From contig JBNKBE010000031.1 in NCBI GenBank assembly GCA_050287085.1, positions 1 through 55,938 on the forward strand: a DNA stretch of 55,938 bases. Reading direction: 5' to 3'. This document shows, one piece after another, positions 46,519 through 55,938 of the stretch (position 1 is its first letter; each line of letters starts with the position of its first letter). Source of the stretch: Polyangiaceae bacterium (GTDB lineage: Bacteria > Myxococcota_A > Polyangia > Polyangiales > Polyangiaceae). Both the position numbers and the translations under genes were made by a program. The notes beneath the pieces were generated by a model that made no database searches, was not told where the DNA came from, and worked only from the letters and a program-made list of their open reading frames with translations.

Positions 46519-48327
46519 ATGAAGCGACTCCTTCGGCTCACCGGATCTCTGCTTGCCCTGGGCGCGTTGACCGCGGCCTCCAAACCCGCCTTCGCGTGCG
46601 GCGGGCTGTTTTGCTCCGCCGCCAACCCCGTCGAGCAGTCCGCCGAGCGCATTGTCTTCGTTCGCAACGGAGACAACACGCTGACCAGCATCATTGAGAT
46701 TCAATACGAGGGCCCATCGGAACGCTTCGCGTGGCTCTTGCCGATCCCGGGCAGGCCCGAGGTCGCGGTATCCACGGTGGAAGCTTTGAACGCCATCGAC
46801 CAGGCAACGGCTCCGCAGTTTCAGTTGGAGTACGTGTACGGCGATGAATGCCAACTCTTCTACGCCGCTGACGCTGGCGGGTTGGAGGCCCCCACAGCTG
46901 GGCCCCCGGAAAGCGATGGAGCTCCAGGTATCGACATCCTGGACTCCGGCACAGCGGGCCCTTACGACTACGTAACAATCCGACCCCAAGAGGGGCTAGA
47001 GGACCCGGCGCAGGAAGCGATCCAATGGCTGACGGACAACGACTACGACGTAGGCGCCACCGGCCCCGACGTGCTTCGCCCCTACCTCGCTGAAGGCCTC
47101 AGCCTGATTGCATTCAAGTTGACGAAAGGGCAAGACGTCGGCGCTATCCGCCCGGTACAGCTTACCTACACGTCGAAGACTCCCAGCATTCCAATCCGCC
47201 CCACTGCGGTAGCCGCCAAGGAGGACATGCGGATCCGCGTGTTTCTTCTCGATGAGGCGCGGGCTGTGCCCAACAACTACTTCGGCGTCGAAATCAACGA
47301 AGCACGCATCAACTGGTTCGATTGGACGAGCAACTACGACGCCGTCATCACCGAAGCGGCCAACGAAGCCAATGGCAACGCCTTCGTGACGGAGTTCGCT
47401 GGCAGTAGCGAGCTGCTCAAAGGCCAACTATGGCGCGACGACCTGGCGGAAGCGTGGGATCGGCTCCAGGCCTTCGATGGCACCGCCGCGGAAACGATGT
47501 TCGAAGCACGCTTTCCCTTCCGCAGCTACCAGGGGTTTCGTCGGGCCGTTGAGAAGTCGACCACGCTGCCAACGGGCGTCACCATGGACGAATTCGCCGC
47601 CGATCCCATTGGCATCGAGCAAAAATACGGGACCGACATCGCCGATCGGGATACCTTTCTGGCCGAACTAGAAGCGGAGATCGTTGAACCGCTGCAGAGC
47701 ATGCAGAGCCTGGTCGATGCTCACCCCTACCTCAGCCGGCTCTACACCACCATGTCGGCCGATGAAATGGAGCTGGATCCAAGCTTTGTCGTTAACGGGG
47801 ATCTGACGGATGTGTCGAACATTCACCGGGCGAAAGCGGAGTTCCTGTGTACCAAAGACACCCCGGATCCGTTTTCGGCGCCCTGGCTCGTCACGCTACA
47901 AGACGGTACGGAACTGCGCGGCGTGGGCCGTGGTGCTTGGCTGGAGGACGCAGATACGATGCCAGCGGCCACTTCCATCGTGCAGTTCTCCGGGAGCGGT
48001 CCCGGCAAGGTACTCGACGATCGAAGCGATGAAATCGCAGACCAGATCGACACGATGATGGAGCCCCCGCCTCGTGAAGACAGCGGCAAAGGTGGCAGCA
48101 CTAGTGACGGTCAGGCAGGTGGTGGCAACTCGAAAGACGACTCGCCATCTCCGCAAGACGATGCCGGGGTTCCCACTACGTCGAAAGGGGAACCAGCGCG
48201 CGCCAAGTCCGATGATGGGTGCAGCGTCGGCGCGCTGGGCAACTCTCCCACCTCACCAGCCGGCCTCGCCCTGCTTGGGCTCGCCTTGGGCCTTGTACGA
48301 CGCCAGCGGCGTCCCGAACGGAACTGA
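46519..48327 (+). CDS. DUF2330-like surface protein with MYXO-CTERM sorting signal
   Basis: Signal ..PAFACGGLFC, VEQSAERIVF, FAWLLPIP, IPIRPTAVAA, FVTEFAG, YLSRLYTTMS; Gly/Asp/Ser linker, then DGCSVG..LALLGLALGLVRRQRR. Confidence 0.82.
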   Translation: MKRLLRLTGSLLALGALTAASKPAFACGGLFCSAANPVEQSAERIVFVRNGDNTLTSIIEIQYEGPSERFAWLLPIPGRPEVAVSTVEALNAIDQATAPQFQLEYVYGDECQLFYAADAGGLEAPTAGPPESDGAPGIDILDSGTAGPYDYVTIRPQEGLEDPAQEAIQWLTDNDYDVGATGPDVLRPYLAEGLSLIAFKLTKGQDVGAIRPVQLTYTSKTPSIPIRPTAVAAKEDMRIRVFLLDEARAVPNNYFGVEINEARINWFDWTSNYDAVITEAANEANGNAFVTEFAGSSELLKGQLWRDDLAEAWDRLQAFDGTAAETMFEARFPFRSYQGFRRAVEKSTTLPTGVTMDEFAADPIGIEQKYGTDIADRDTFLAELEAEIVEPLQSMQSLVDAHPYLSRLYTTMSADEMELDPSFVVNGDLTDVSNIHRAKAEFLCTKDTPDPFSAPWLVTLQDGTELRGVGRGAWLEDADTMPAATSIVQFSGSGPGKVLDDRSDEIADQIDTMMEPPPREDSGKGGSTSDGQAGGGNSKDDSPSPQDDAGVPTTSKGEPARAKSDDGCSVGALGNSPTSPAGLALLGLALGLVRRQRRPERN

Positions 48328-48382
48328 AGGCGCGAGCGCGACCACAATCGCGCTCGTTCTTGCGACCCGGCGTGGTGCGAAG

Positions 48383-49399
48383 CTAGATGCGTTCCTGCCA
48401 CCGAAATGCATCGCGGAGGGCGTCGCCCAAGCCGCGTGTCGCACGCCAGCGCAACGCCTCTGTCACCTTCGAGACGTCCGCGTAGGTCTGCTCGACGTCC
48501 CCTGGTCGGCGCGGCCCGACTCGGTAGTTGAGCTTGCGCCCAGTGACCTCCTCGAAGGTGCGCACCGCCTCCAGAACAGAGTGTCCTTTCCCGGTACCCA
48601 CGTTGAAGATCTCGTTCAAAGGGCCAGGTTTTGCGCCATCAAGCCACTCGAGCGCACGGACGTGCGCCTCGGCTAGATCCATGACGTGGATGTAGTCCCG
48701 AACACAAGTGCCGTCCGGCGTATCGTAGTCATCACCGAAGATCGTCAACTGATCTCGTTGCCCCACCGCGGTTTGGGTGATGAAGGGAACGAGGTTCGCC
48801 GGGGCACCGATGGGGAGTTCACCAATCAAGGCCGACTCGTGGGCGCCAACAGGATTGAAGTAGCGCAGCGTCACGGCCCGAAGCTCCGCCCCCGCCCTGA
48901 CCTGGTCGACAATGATGTCTTCACAGAATTGCTTGCTTCGACCGTAGGGCGACTCAGCGGGCTTGCGCGGAGAGGTCTCGGTCACCGGGAGCTGATCCGG
49001 CTGGCCATAAACGGTGCACGAAGACGAAAAAACGAAGCGCTCGACCCCCGCCTCGGACATCGCACCCAGCACGCTCACCAGCGAGCCGACGTTGTTGTCG
49101 TAGTACATCAAGGGCTTCTTCACAGACTCACCGACGGCTTTGAAGGCCGCGAAGTGAATGACGCCATATACGTCGCGCTCTCGGCGCAGCACGTCGACAA
49201 ACGCGCCCTGATCCCGACAGTCCACCGTATACACTTTGGGAGCGCTGCCGAGGATTTGACCGATACGCTCGGGTACTCCGCGCTCTGAACGGCTGAAGTC
49301 GTCTACGATGATCGGCTCAAAGTGGTTTTGCCCAAGCAGCACTGCGGTGTGTGAACCAATGTACCCCGCGCCGCCTGTAACGATGACTTTCCTCTTCAT
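48383..49399 (-). CDS. galE: UDP-glucose 4-epimerase
   Basis: VTGGAGYIGSH, HFAAFKAVGESV, FSSSCTVYG, PYGRSK, LRYFNPVGAH, DGTCVRDYIHV. Confidence 0.97.
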   Translation of the reverse strand: MKRKVIVTGGAGYIGSHTAVLLGQNHFEPIIVDDFSRSERGVPERIGQILGSAPKVYTVDCRDQGAFVDVLRRERDVYGVIHFAAFKAVGESVKKPLMYYDNNVGSLVSVLGAMSEAGVERFVFSSSCTVYGQPDQLPVTETSPRKPAESPYGRSKQFCEDIIVDQVRAGAELRAVTLRYFNPVGAHESALIGELPIGAPANLVPFITQTAVGQRDQLTIFGDDYDTPDGTCVRDYIHVMDLAEAHVRALEWLDGAKPGPLNEIFNVGTGKGHSVLEAVRTFEEVTGRKLNYRVGPRRPGDVEQTYADVSKVTEALRWRATRGLGDALRDAFRWQERI

Positions 49400-49488
49400 G
49401 GCCTATCCTTTTTGCAGCTTCATGATCTGGGGACAAGGTCCCAACACCAGCCAATAGCAAATGCTGTCATGCTCCACGCCGAGCCTTC

Positions 49489-50925
49489 TCACAACGAGAA
49501 GTCGAAGAATCGCCGGGCATTCTGAAAGCAGACCCGCTTGACGAGCCAGCCGAGTAGGTCCCGATCGTTGGGGACGAGCCCGTTCTTGACGTCATTGCCC
49601 AGCACGTTGCAAAGCACGCGGCGAAAATACTCGTGCCTCGAGAATGAGAGAAATGTGTAGGCGCCCGCAGCGACCCCCACGAAGCGCGAGAGCAACCCTA
49701 GATTGGATAGAGAGCCGAGCTGACGCTCAATAGGGTCCTTTCCGTGCAATAGCCAGCGCGCGCCACCGTACTGAACTTTGGCGGGCAAGCTACCATCCTG
49801 AAAGCTACCAGCCAGCGCGGCCAACGGCTCGGCATCGTGTGGGCTTGCGTTGTGGAGCAACGTCTTGGCAAGGCCATCGGACTTATCCAATTTGGATAAG
49901 AATCGAGATAGGGCGCGCAACTGGGGAGCGTCTGCAATTACATCAAAACTCGGATCCGCGCCGCCAGCTCCCTCCAGCACGCCATGCCTTCGCATCACTC
50001 CCAAGTGGAACTGCTGAACCCAGCCCCTGTGGGCATCCAGTTTGGCCATTTCCAGGAGTATTGCCGACTGCAGCACACCCGCATCCGCCTGGCTCAGCGC
50101 CTTTCCAGCACGAATCGCTGCAAAAGCCCGTCGCACGTGCGACGGTTTGGGGTCCTCGAACACCATGCGTTCCAGACAGCTGGAACTCAGTCGACATCCC
50201 GCCGCGTGAAACGACTCATGGCGCGCAGCCAAGGCAGAAACTAGCGACTCGAACGAGCCAACCTCAGTCTTCGAAGCCGCGGCCAGCCGATCGAGATATG
50301 CATTGTACTCGGCGGGTTTGGTCACCGCTAGCGCGCCGTCCAAACTGAAGGTCGGAAGCATGCGCAGTTGATGGGCAGGAGGTTCATCATCGGAAGCTAC
50401 CGCGGTCGACGCCTGATAGCGCTCGTGATGGGATAACGCATCCGCGGGGTCGTCGGTCGTGCACACAAGGCGGACGTTGAACTGCTCGAGGAGCCCTCGC
50501 GCAGAGAAAGCCGGCTCACCCAGGCGAACATTGCACCGTTCAAAAACCTCCTCAGCGCTTTCGCTGCTGAGAAGGCAATCGGTGATCCGAAAGGGAAACG
50601 CCAGTTCTAAATGCGTCCAATGATAGAGTGCGTGGCGAAGCAGGTAGGGAACGGTCTGGGCCCATGCGTAGAACTGCTCGAGCTCGGTGGCATCGCCGCT
50701 TCGAAACGACTCCGCGATGCCGTTGGCGCGCATGACGCGCCACTTCTGAGGATCAGGCTGCACCCAAAGCTCGGTGATCGATCCAAAGCGATGGTCATCC
50801 GCAATTAGCGATGGCGGAAGATGGCTTGTGTATTCGACGACAGGCTGCCGCTTGGCAAAGTTGTGAAACAGGTCGCAAGCAACGTCGGTTTCAAGCAGAA
50901 AATCGTCGTGGACAAAGCTTAGCAT
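49489..50925 (-). CDS. uxaC: Uronate isomerase homolog with substituted metal ligands
   Basis: DFLL, KWRVMRANG, LYHWTHLEL, CTTDDP, QQFHLG, FQDG, LLSRFVG, RHEYFRRVLCN. The canonical DYHCHL reads EYTSHL and GMLTDSRS reads GVAAGAYT. Confidence 0.85.
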   Translation of the reverse strand: MLSFVHDDFLLETDVACDLFHNFAKRQPVVEYTSHLPPSLIADDHRFGSITELWVQPDPQKWRVMRANGIAESFRSGDATELEQFYAWAQTVPYLLRHALYHWTHLELAFPFRITDCLLSSESAEEVFERCNVRLGEPAFSARGLLEQFNVRLVCTTDDPADALSHHERYQASTAVASDDEPPAHQLRMLPTFSLDGALAVTKPAEYNAYLDRLAAASKTEVGSFESLVSALAARHESFHAAGCRLSSSCLERMVFEDPKPSHVRRAFAAIRAGKALSQADAGVLQSAILLEMAKLDAHRGWVQQFHLGVMRRHGVLEGAGGADPSFDVIADAPQLRALSRFLSKLDKSDGLAKTLLHNASPHDAEPLAALAGSFQDGSLPAKVQYGGARWLLHGKDPIERQLGSLSNLGLLSRFVGVAAGAYTFLSFSRHEYFRRVLCNVLGNDVKNGLVPNDRDLLGWLVKRVCFQNARRFFDFSL

Positions 50926-51197
50926 AGAACACCAACACCGACTCACAGAGCTCCCGCGGGCAGCCCGACCCGGAAATTCGCGGCCAACGCGAGGCCCCAC
51001 CTATCGTTGGCCGCGTACACCCTGGCGCCGAATCGGGGGCTGCGCTAGAGAAAGCCTCTCGCAGCGTTGGGCGCCTGGCCCGCTTCCCCCACTCCGGTTT
51101 GCCAATACCTGTGTCGGGCAGCCGTATCACGAGCTCTTTGGCCGAGCGTCCAATCATTGGACGCCACCTCACTCCGACAATAGGCTGCCCGTCACCC

Positions 51198-53459
51198 ATG
51201 CGCCTCGCCCTCGTTCTTGCTGCATCCTATGAGCGGAATCCCGCGCGGACAGGCGCTATTGAGCTTCCGCAGCGAGGTACAGAGGTCACTGCGTTGCTGC
51301 GTTCACCAAAGGCAGACTTCAGCGTAGTTCAACTGATCATTGATGAGCATCTGGGCGAACGACTGCGGCGCGCCCTAGCGGGCAAGCACGTCACTGAGCT
51401 CCTAATTTATTGCGCAGGCGTCGTCAGCCTGGCGAGCGACGGAACCCCGCTGCTGATGCTCGACGCCCCCGAAGCGGAGCAGATCTCGTGGCCCGAGCTT
51501 GGCTCGCTCTGCCGCGCGGAAAACCTGCTGCTGATGCTCGATCTACTCGTGGAAACGCCCTCCGAAAACGCGTCCAGCAGCAGCACGCCCCAGCACTTTC
51601 TGCGAGAACTCGGTGCTCGTCTGAGCGCTGCGCATCCCAACACCAGCCTTATCGCAAAAGCTTCTCCATGGCCCCAGACAGAAGCGCCCGCGAAGTGGTT
51701 CACCCACACCTTGCTGAACGCGATTCACCGCCTGGACCGAGCTCGCGATCGTCGAACACGTGTAAGCGCCGCCTGGCTGGCAGCCGCCGTAGCTGCAGAA
51801 TGCGACGCGTCGTCGCTCACCCTACGAGTAGCGCCCAGCGATTTTCGCATTCTGCCGGCGCCGCAGGAACTGGCCGTCTCCCCGGCTGTCGGCAAGCGGA
51901 TGGCGCCCGGTCTCAGCTCCCCGCCCGTCCCGCACGCCGCGGCCTCCAGCACTCAGTTCCGAGCGGCCATCACGGCGCCCCCCCGCCTCGACGCCGTCCG
52001 AGAACCCCTGACGTCCACGGCGGCCCGCATCGATACCGCTCTGGCAACGGCGCCGGGCAAGGCGCCGGGCAAGGCGCCGCAGGCAACTCCTCCGACGGGC
52101 GATCCCTCTCTCCCCCAATCCGCAGCGCCCCAAGCGCCGGCTCAGTCGGTACCCGAAGCTTTGCTGCACCAGGAGGCCGCCCTCGTAGAAGCGACGACTG
52201 CGGGGACTCTGGAGCCTCCCCCCGCGATGACCGACGACGAGCTCCGAGCCAAGCGTCAAGAGGAACTGAATCAGTTGTGCGCGAGCCGTCATGACTCGTC
52301 GCCTCTCGGGACGGCTGTAAATGAGTGGCTTGAACGTTGGCTCGCCCGCGGCTTTGCCCCCCGCAACCTACACACACAGGCAGCCCAACAACTACTGCAA
52401 GCAGGTCATCGCCAACAAGCCGTAGAGCAGATCCGGGCTGCGCTTGCCACCACGGCCTTCGCCCCGGCAGACTTGCGTGATGCAATCCAGTTGTTCACAG
52501 CTGCCGGCGATCTCGATGCAGCGCAAATGGCCAAATCGTCCCTCGCCCTGCTGGGAGAATCGACGTCCCCGGAGCAATATACCCTCGAAACCGGACCCAC
52601 ACGCGCCCCCACCGCGACCGTGCATCCTCTGACTCCATCAGATTGGAGCGCGCTCACGGCTTCCGCACCACCTCTGCTCGATCTCTTGGTCCAAACCCTC
52701 GGAGCTCATGCAATCGCCGCGCACTTCACCTGGCTCAAGCGGCTCGGCGTACGCTCTGAGCTCTTTGAGAGCAGCGCATTGGATCCCACGGACGGAAGAA
52801 CGCCGATCGCGCGTAGCCTCGTTGGGGCATGCCGCTTGCTGGGTGTCGAAATCCCTCGCTTGCTCGTCGACGACGCCTTGAACGAGGCGTTCTACGTCGC
52901 GCCGCGTCCCGTTGGGAAGATTGCAGCAGTGCGCCGCGCACTAGGCAAGGGCATGAGTCCTACGGAGCTCTCCTTTCTGTGGGGACGCGAGGTGGTGCTG
53001 CTAGACGAGCGATGGATTGCGGCATCGGTATTCACCGGAGAAGAGCAGCTGCTGTCGTTCGCTCGCGCATCACTGTCAGCGCTGGGACACGGCACAGGGC
53101 TCGAACTCAACGAGCACGAGACGTTTCTCTTCAAGCGCTGCAAGCGAGTGCTCAGCCGCACGCGTCTTCGCGAGTTGGAGGCCAGGGCAAGCTCACTGGG
53201 AGCCGGCCCCGATTCGAACGCCCTTCGAGCTCAGGTTGTCGAGTGGCGCAAGCAGCTTGCTCTCACCCGGACTCGCTTCGGCCTAATGGCGTGTGGCTGT
53301 CCGCATCATGCCGCCCGGGTTCTTCGCCGCTACCCCGTGGCGGGAGCCAGCAGCGGGGCGCAGTGGCGGGAGCTGCTAGCATTCGCCAACTCCGGTGAAT
53401 TCGCCCGTTTGAGGCGCGCCACCGCGACCAGTCAGCAGCCGCAGGCGCGAAGTTCGTGA
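51198..53459 (+). CDS. Inactive caspase-like domain + Pro/Ala linker + TPR + myxobacterial helical C-terminal domain
   Basis: RLALVLAASY, LLIYCAGVV, LLLMLDLL and WFTHTLLNAI follow the peptidase C14 layout without His/Cys. C-terminal ELSFLWGRE..RFGLMACG..ELLAFANS..FARLR resembles the ends of large myxobacterial TPR proteins. Confidence 0.55.
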   Translation: MRLALVLAASYERNPARTGAIELPQRGTEVTALLRSPKADFSVVQLIIDEHLGERLRRALAGKHVTELLIYCAGVVSLASDGTPLLMLDAPEAEQISWPELGSLCRAENLLLMLDLLVETPSENASSSSTPQHFLRELGARLSAAHPNTSLIAKASPWPQTEAPAKWFTHTLLNAIHRLDRARDRRTRVSAAWLAAAVAAECDASSLTLRVAPSDFRILPAPQELAVSPAVGKRMAPGLSSPPVPHAAASSTQFRAAITAPPRLDAVREPLTSTAARIDTALATAPGKAPGKAPQATPPTGDPSLPQSAAPQAPAQSVPEALLHQEAALVEATTAGTLEPPPAMTDDELRAKRQEELNQLCASRHDSSPLGTAVNEWLERWLARGFAPRNLHTQAAQQLLQAGHRQQAVEQIRAALATTAFAPADLRDAIQLFTAAGDLDAAQMAKSSLALLGESTSPEQYTLETGPTRAPTATVHPLTPSDWSALTASAPPLLDLLVQTLGAHAIAAHFTWLKRLGVRSELFESSALDPTDGRTPIARSLVGACRLLGVEIPRLLVDDALNEAFYVAPRPVGKIAAVRRALGKGMSPTELSFLWGREVVLLDERWIAASVFTGEEQLLSFARASLSALGHGTGLELNEHETFLFKRCKRVLSRTRLRELEARASSLGAGPDSNALRAQVVEWRKQLALTRTRFGLMACGCPHHAARVLRRYPVAGASSGAQWRELLAFANSGEFARLRRATATSQQPQARSS

Positions 53460-53577
53460 GCGCCCAGCGACGGGGCTAGACTGGCCCTAAGTTCGGCGCT
53501 CGCTCGCTTCGCCCTTGAGCCCCCCCGAGTCGCTCGTTATAGCTGGCGATCTGGCTGCGCTGTGATATCGCTCGCGA

Positions 53578-54444
53578 ATGAGCATAGATCCGACTCTCCT
53601 GCAAACGGCCCCTCTATTTGCTGATCTGGACCTGGAGCAGCTGACAACGCTGCTAGCGGCATTCCAGGAGCAGTCGATCAAGCAGGGAGAAGTCCTGTTT
53701 CAGGCCGGCGACACGCCGACCCATATGCGAGTCGTGGTGCGCGGAAGTGTCTTCATCCATGACGAGGGGGACGAGGTGATGACGATTCGCCCCGTCGAAC
53801 CACTGGGCGAGCTAAGCGCACTTACGGGAGAACGCCGCATCTATAGCGCACGCGCCGCCGAAGACTCGGTTGTGCTCACCATCAGCGCCGAAGCATTGCG
53901 CGAGTTTCTCGAGTCCAACGGCGCCATAGCCTACACCCTCCATCGCAATCTGCTCCGTCTGGCGGCCCGCAAAATCGGCCGCGACCGCCGTCGGCAGCAT
54001 GAGATGAGGGAGAACATCATCAGCACGCAAAAAGCCATGAAGCGGATGCAAGACGCACTGCTCGACAGCGAAGACAACGTCCTGCACGCAGCGCTTTTTG
54101 AACAACTCGACGCTCTCATCGAACAGAACCGAAAGGTCCACTATCTAGTCGAGCCGTCGCGACTCGTGCCCACGGAGTTGTCATTGGATGGCAAGCGACG
54201 CCATCGTGTTACCGCCCTTTCTAACGAATGGCTGTACTTCACGGAACCTCCGGCGACGCTAAAAGTGGGCTCTGATCTCGACGGGCTCCTATACCTCGAC
54301 GGCAAAGCAGTACCCGTCACGGGCAAGGTCGACTCGGTATCTCCGACAGAGGCGCGTGTATTTCTCGACGAACTCGTCGCGGAGTACGACCAATTGCTTT
54401 CCCATCACCTCGATCGCGCACGGATTCTTGACGTTGTACTTTAG
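53578..54444 (+). CDS. Cyclic-nucleotide-binding protein with coiled coil and C-terminal PilZ-like barrel
   Basis: LFADL, GEVLFQAGD, VVRGSV, LGELSALTGERRIYSARA (cNMP domain); beta-rich C-terminus VTALSNEW..VPVTGKV. Confidence 0.75.
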   Translation: MSIDPTLLQTAPLFADLDLEQLTTLLAAFQEQSIKQGEVLFQAGDTPTHMRVVVRGSVFIHDEGDEVMTIRPVEPLGELSALTGERRIYSARAAEDSVVLTISAEALREFLESNGAIAYTLHRNLLRLAARKIGRDRRRQHEMRENIISTQKAMKRMQDALLDSEDNVLHAALFEQLDALIEQNRKVHYLVEPSRLVPTELSLDGKRRHRVTALSNEWLYFTEPPATLKVGSDLDGLLYLDGKAVPVTGKVDSVSPTEARVFLDELVAEYDQLLSHHLDRARILDVVL

Positions 54445-54446
54445 CG

Positions 54447-55130
54447 ATGTGCGGGCGCTACCAACTTGCCGATGAGTTCAGCGAGCTCCGCGTGGGAGAG
54501 CGCTGGTTTCAACTGCCGAATCCGGCGGCGTCCCGAGACTTCTTTCCGTCCTGGCGAGGGGGCCACGAGGCCCCCTTCCTCCGTCGTCGTACCCAAAACG
54601 TAGACGTGTTGTTGGGCCGCTTCTGGTTCATCCCCCGAAGCTGGCACAAACCTTTGAATCAACTGCCAGCGTCCTTCAACGCACGAGCGGAAGGCATTGC
54701 TCAGAAGCCTTTCTTCCGACATTCCTTCGCGCGCAGACGCTGCCTCATTCCAGCGACGGAATGGCATGAGTATGTGGGCAGCTCTGGAAGCAAAAGCTGC
54801 CTTAGACTGCACCTCGATGGTCTGTTCACCTTTGCTGGCATATGGGACGATTGGCTTACAAGCGGCGGCGATGTCGTCACAAGTTTTGCCATCATTACCA
54901 CTGTAGCCAACGACGCGGTGGCTCCCTACCATGACCGCATGCCCCTGATCGTCCCGGAACGACTCCGCCAGGCATGGCTGTACGATGACGCTTCGGCGCC
55001 AACGCTATTGCAGACGCTCGTCGCCACGACGCCCGCTCCCAGCGTTGTCCAATTGGACCACGCACCCAGCCATGCCCAGGGCCATGCTACGCCTCCGACT
55101 CGCCAGGGCCGTCTATTTCCCGAATGCTAA
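54447..55130 (+). CDS. SOS response-associated peptidase (SRAP/YedK/HMCES family)
   Basis: N-terminal MCGRY (Cys2), FNARAE, RRCLIPATEWHE, FAGIWD, IITT, HDRMPLI. Confidence 0.93.
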   Translation: MCGRYQLADEFSELRVGERWFQLPNPAASRDFFPSWRGGHEAPFLRRRTQNVDVLLGRFWFIPRSWHKPLNQLPASFNARAEGIAQKPFFRHSFARRRCLIPATEWHEYVGSSGSKSCLRLHLDGLFTFAGIWDDWLTSGGDVVTSFAIITTVANDAVAPYHDRMPLIVPERLRQAWLYDDASAPTLLQTLVATTPAPSVVQLDHAPSHAQGHATPPTRQGRLFPEC

Positions 55131-55759
55131 CACGCCTTCTACTACGCGGCGTCCGTCTGTACCGACCGGCGCTCTGGGCCGGGGGAGTCGGTGCACTGAG
55201 TTTGTTCGTGAGCTATGTATGGGTCGAGCACCGAACGGCAGCCCGCGCATACACTCGCGTCGCGGACGTTCCTCATCTTCGCCTAGCGCTCGTACTGGGT
55301 TGCGCCCCGCGGGTTGAAGGTGGACGACGCAACCTCTACTTTCAGCGGCGCATGGAGGCGGTAGCTGAACTGTACCACGCAGGTCGTGTGGATCGCGTGC
55401 TGGTCAGTGGTGACAGTCACACACGCTACTACAACGAGCCGCTTGCCATGCGCAAAGCACTGGTCGACTTGGGTGTTCCCTCCGCGGCTATCACGTCAGA
55501 CTTCGCAGGACTTCGTACCCTCGACTCGGTGGTGCGAGCCCAGCGCGTCTTCGGCGCGGAAGAGCTCTTGATCGTATCTCAGGCTTTCCACACTCGCCGA
55601 GCCTTGTACATTGCCCGCCATATTGGGCTGGATGCGTGGGCCTACGACGCCGCTGCCGTCCGTGGTCGTCGCGCACTCAGAACAGAGCTGCGTGAGCTTT
55701 TGGCTCGTGCGCGCGTCTTGCTCGACTTGCACGTACTCGGCGCGACGCGCACAGGGTGA
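55124..55759 (+). CDS. sanA: SanA/YdcF (DUF218) family protein
   Basis: TM helix, ALVLG, NLYFQRR, LVSGD..YNEP..M, DFAGLRTLDSVVRA, SQAFHTRRALYIA, RELLAR..LD. Confidence 0.88.
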   Translation: MLTRLLLRGVRLYRPALWAGGVGALSLFVSYVWVEHRTAARAYTRVADVPHLRLALVLGCAPRVEGGRRNLYFQRRMEAVAELYHAGRVDRVLVSGDSHTRYYNEPLAMRKALVDLGVPSAAITSDFAGLRTLDSVVRAQRVFGAEELLIVSQAFHTRRALYIARHIGLDAWAYDAAAVRGRRALRTELRELLARARVLLDLHVLGATRTG

Positions 55760-55813
55760 GCCCCAGTCGCCGAGAGCCGGCCCAGCCCCTGCCCGCATGT
55801 GTGGGCTGCAAGA

Positions 55814-55938
55814 GGCTTGCCTCCCTGATACCTCTGCGGCTTGCCTCCCTGATACCTCTGCGGCTTGCCTCCCTGATACCTCTGCGGCTTGCCTCCCTGA
55901 TACCTCTGCGGCTTGCCTCCCTGATACCTCTGCGGCTT
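55814..55938. repeat. Perfect 24-bp tandem repeat, at least 5.2 copies, running off the window edge
   Basis: Unit ggcttgcctccctgatacctctgc repeated identically with no spacers. Confidence 0.95.

Noticed and set aside
55814..55938. 24-bp repeats as a CRISPR array
   Set aside because: No spacers; pure tandem repeat.

Overview
High-GC bacterial chromosome segment, very probably from a myxobacterium (Myxococcota, Polyangiales-like). This rests on a MYXO-CTERM protein, a myxobacterial-type pilin, an AgmX/PglI-like domain and a kinase-TPR-GAF-sigma54 activator fusion. About 40 CDSs are supported. They include an aminotransferase-LuxE-LuxC operon (the LuxC-like gene runs off the left edge and is missing from the ORF track), an FHA-GGDEF cyclase, a membrane MutS-like ATPase, a DUF619-type acetylglutamate synthase, rsmG, pilMNOPQ, a sigma54-driven FliA-like sigma lacking region 3, cdsA, an orphan Dam methylase, a hybrid histidine kinase, pilA with sigma54 promoter and terminator, pyrG, a heme-oxygenase-like redox enzyme and dacB. 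A sugar block (xylB, GH5, EamA, galM) sits next to a sugar-sensor-PP2C / SiaB-like / SiaC-like partner-switch module. Further right are galE, an apparently metal-site-dead UxaC, a pseudo-caspase-TPR protein and a cNMP-SRAP-SanA operon. A decayed class C-like group II intron sits directly behind the pilA terminator, and several short tandem repeats derive from gene 3' ends. No rRNA, tRNA or CRISPR was found. All calls come from motif recognition by eye; no database searches were run.
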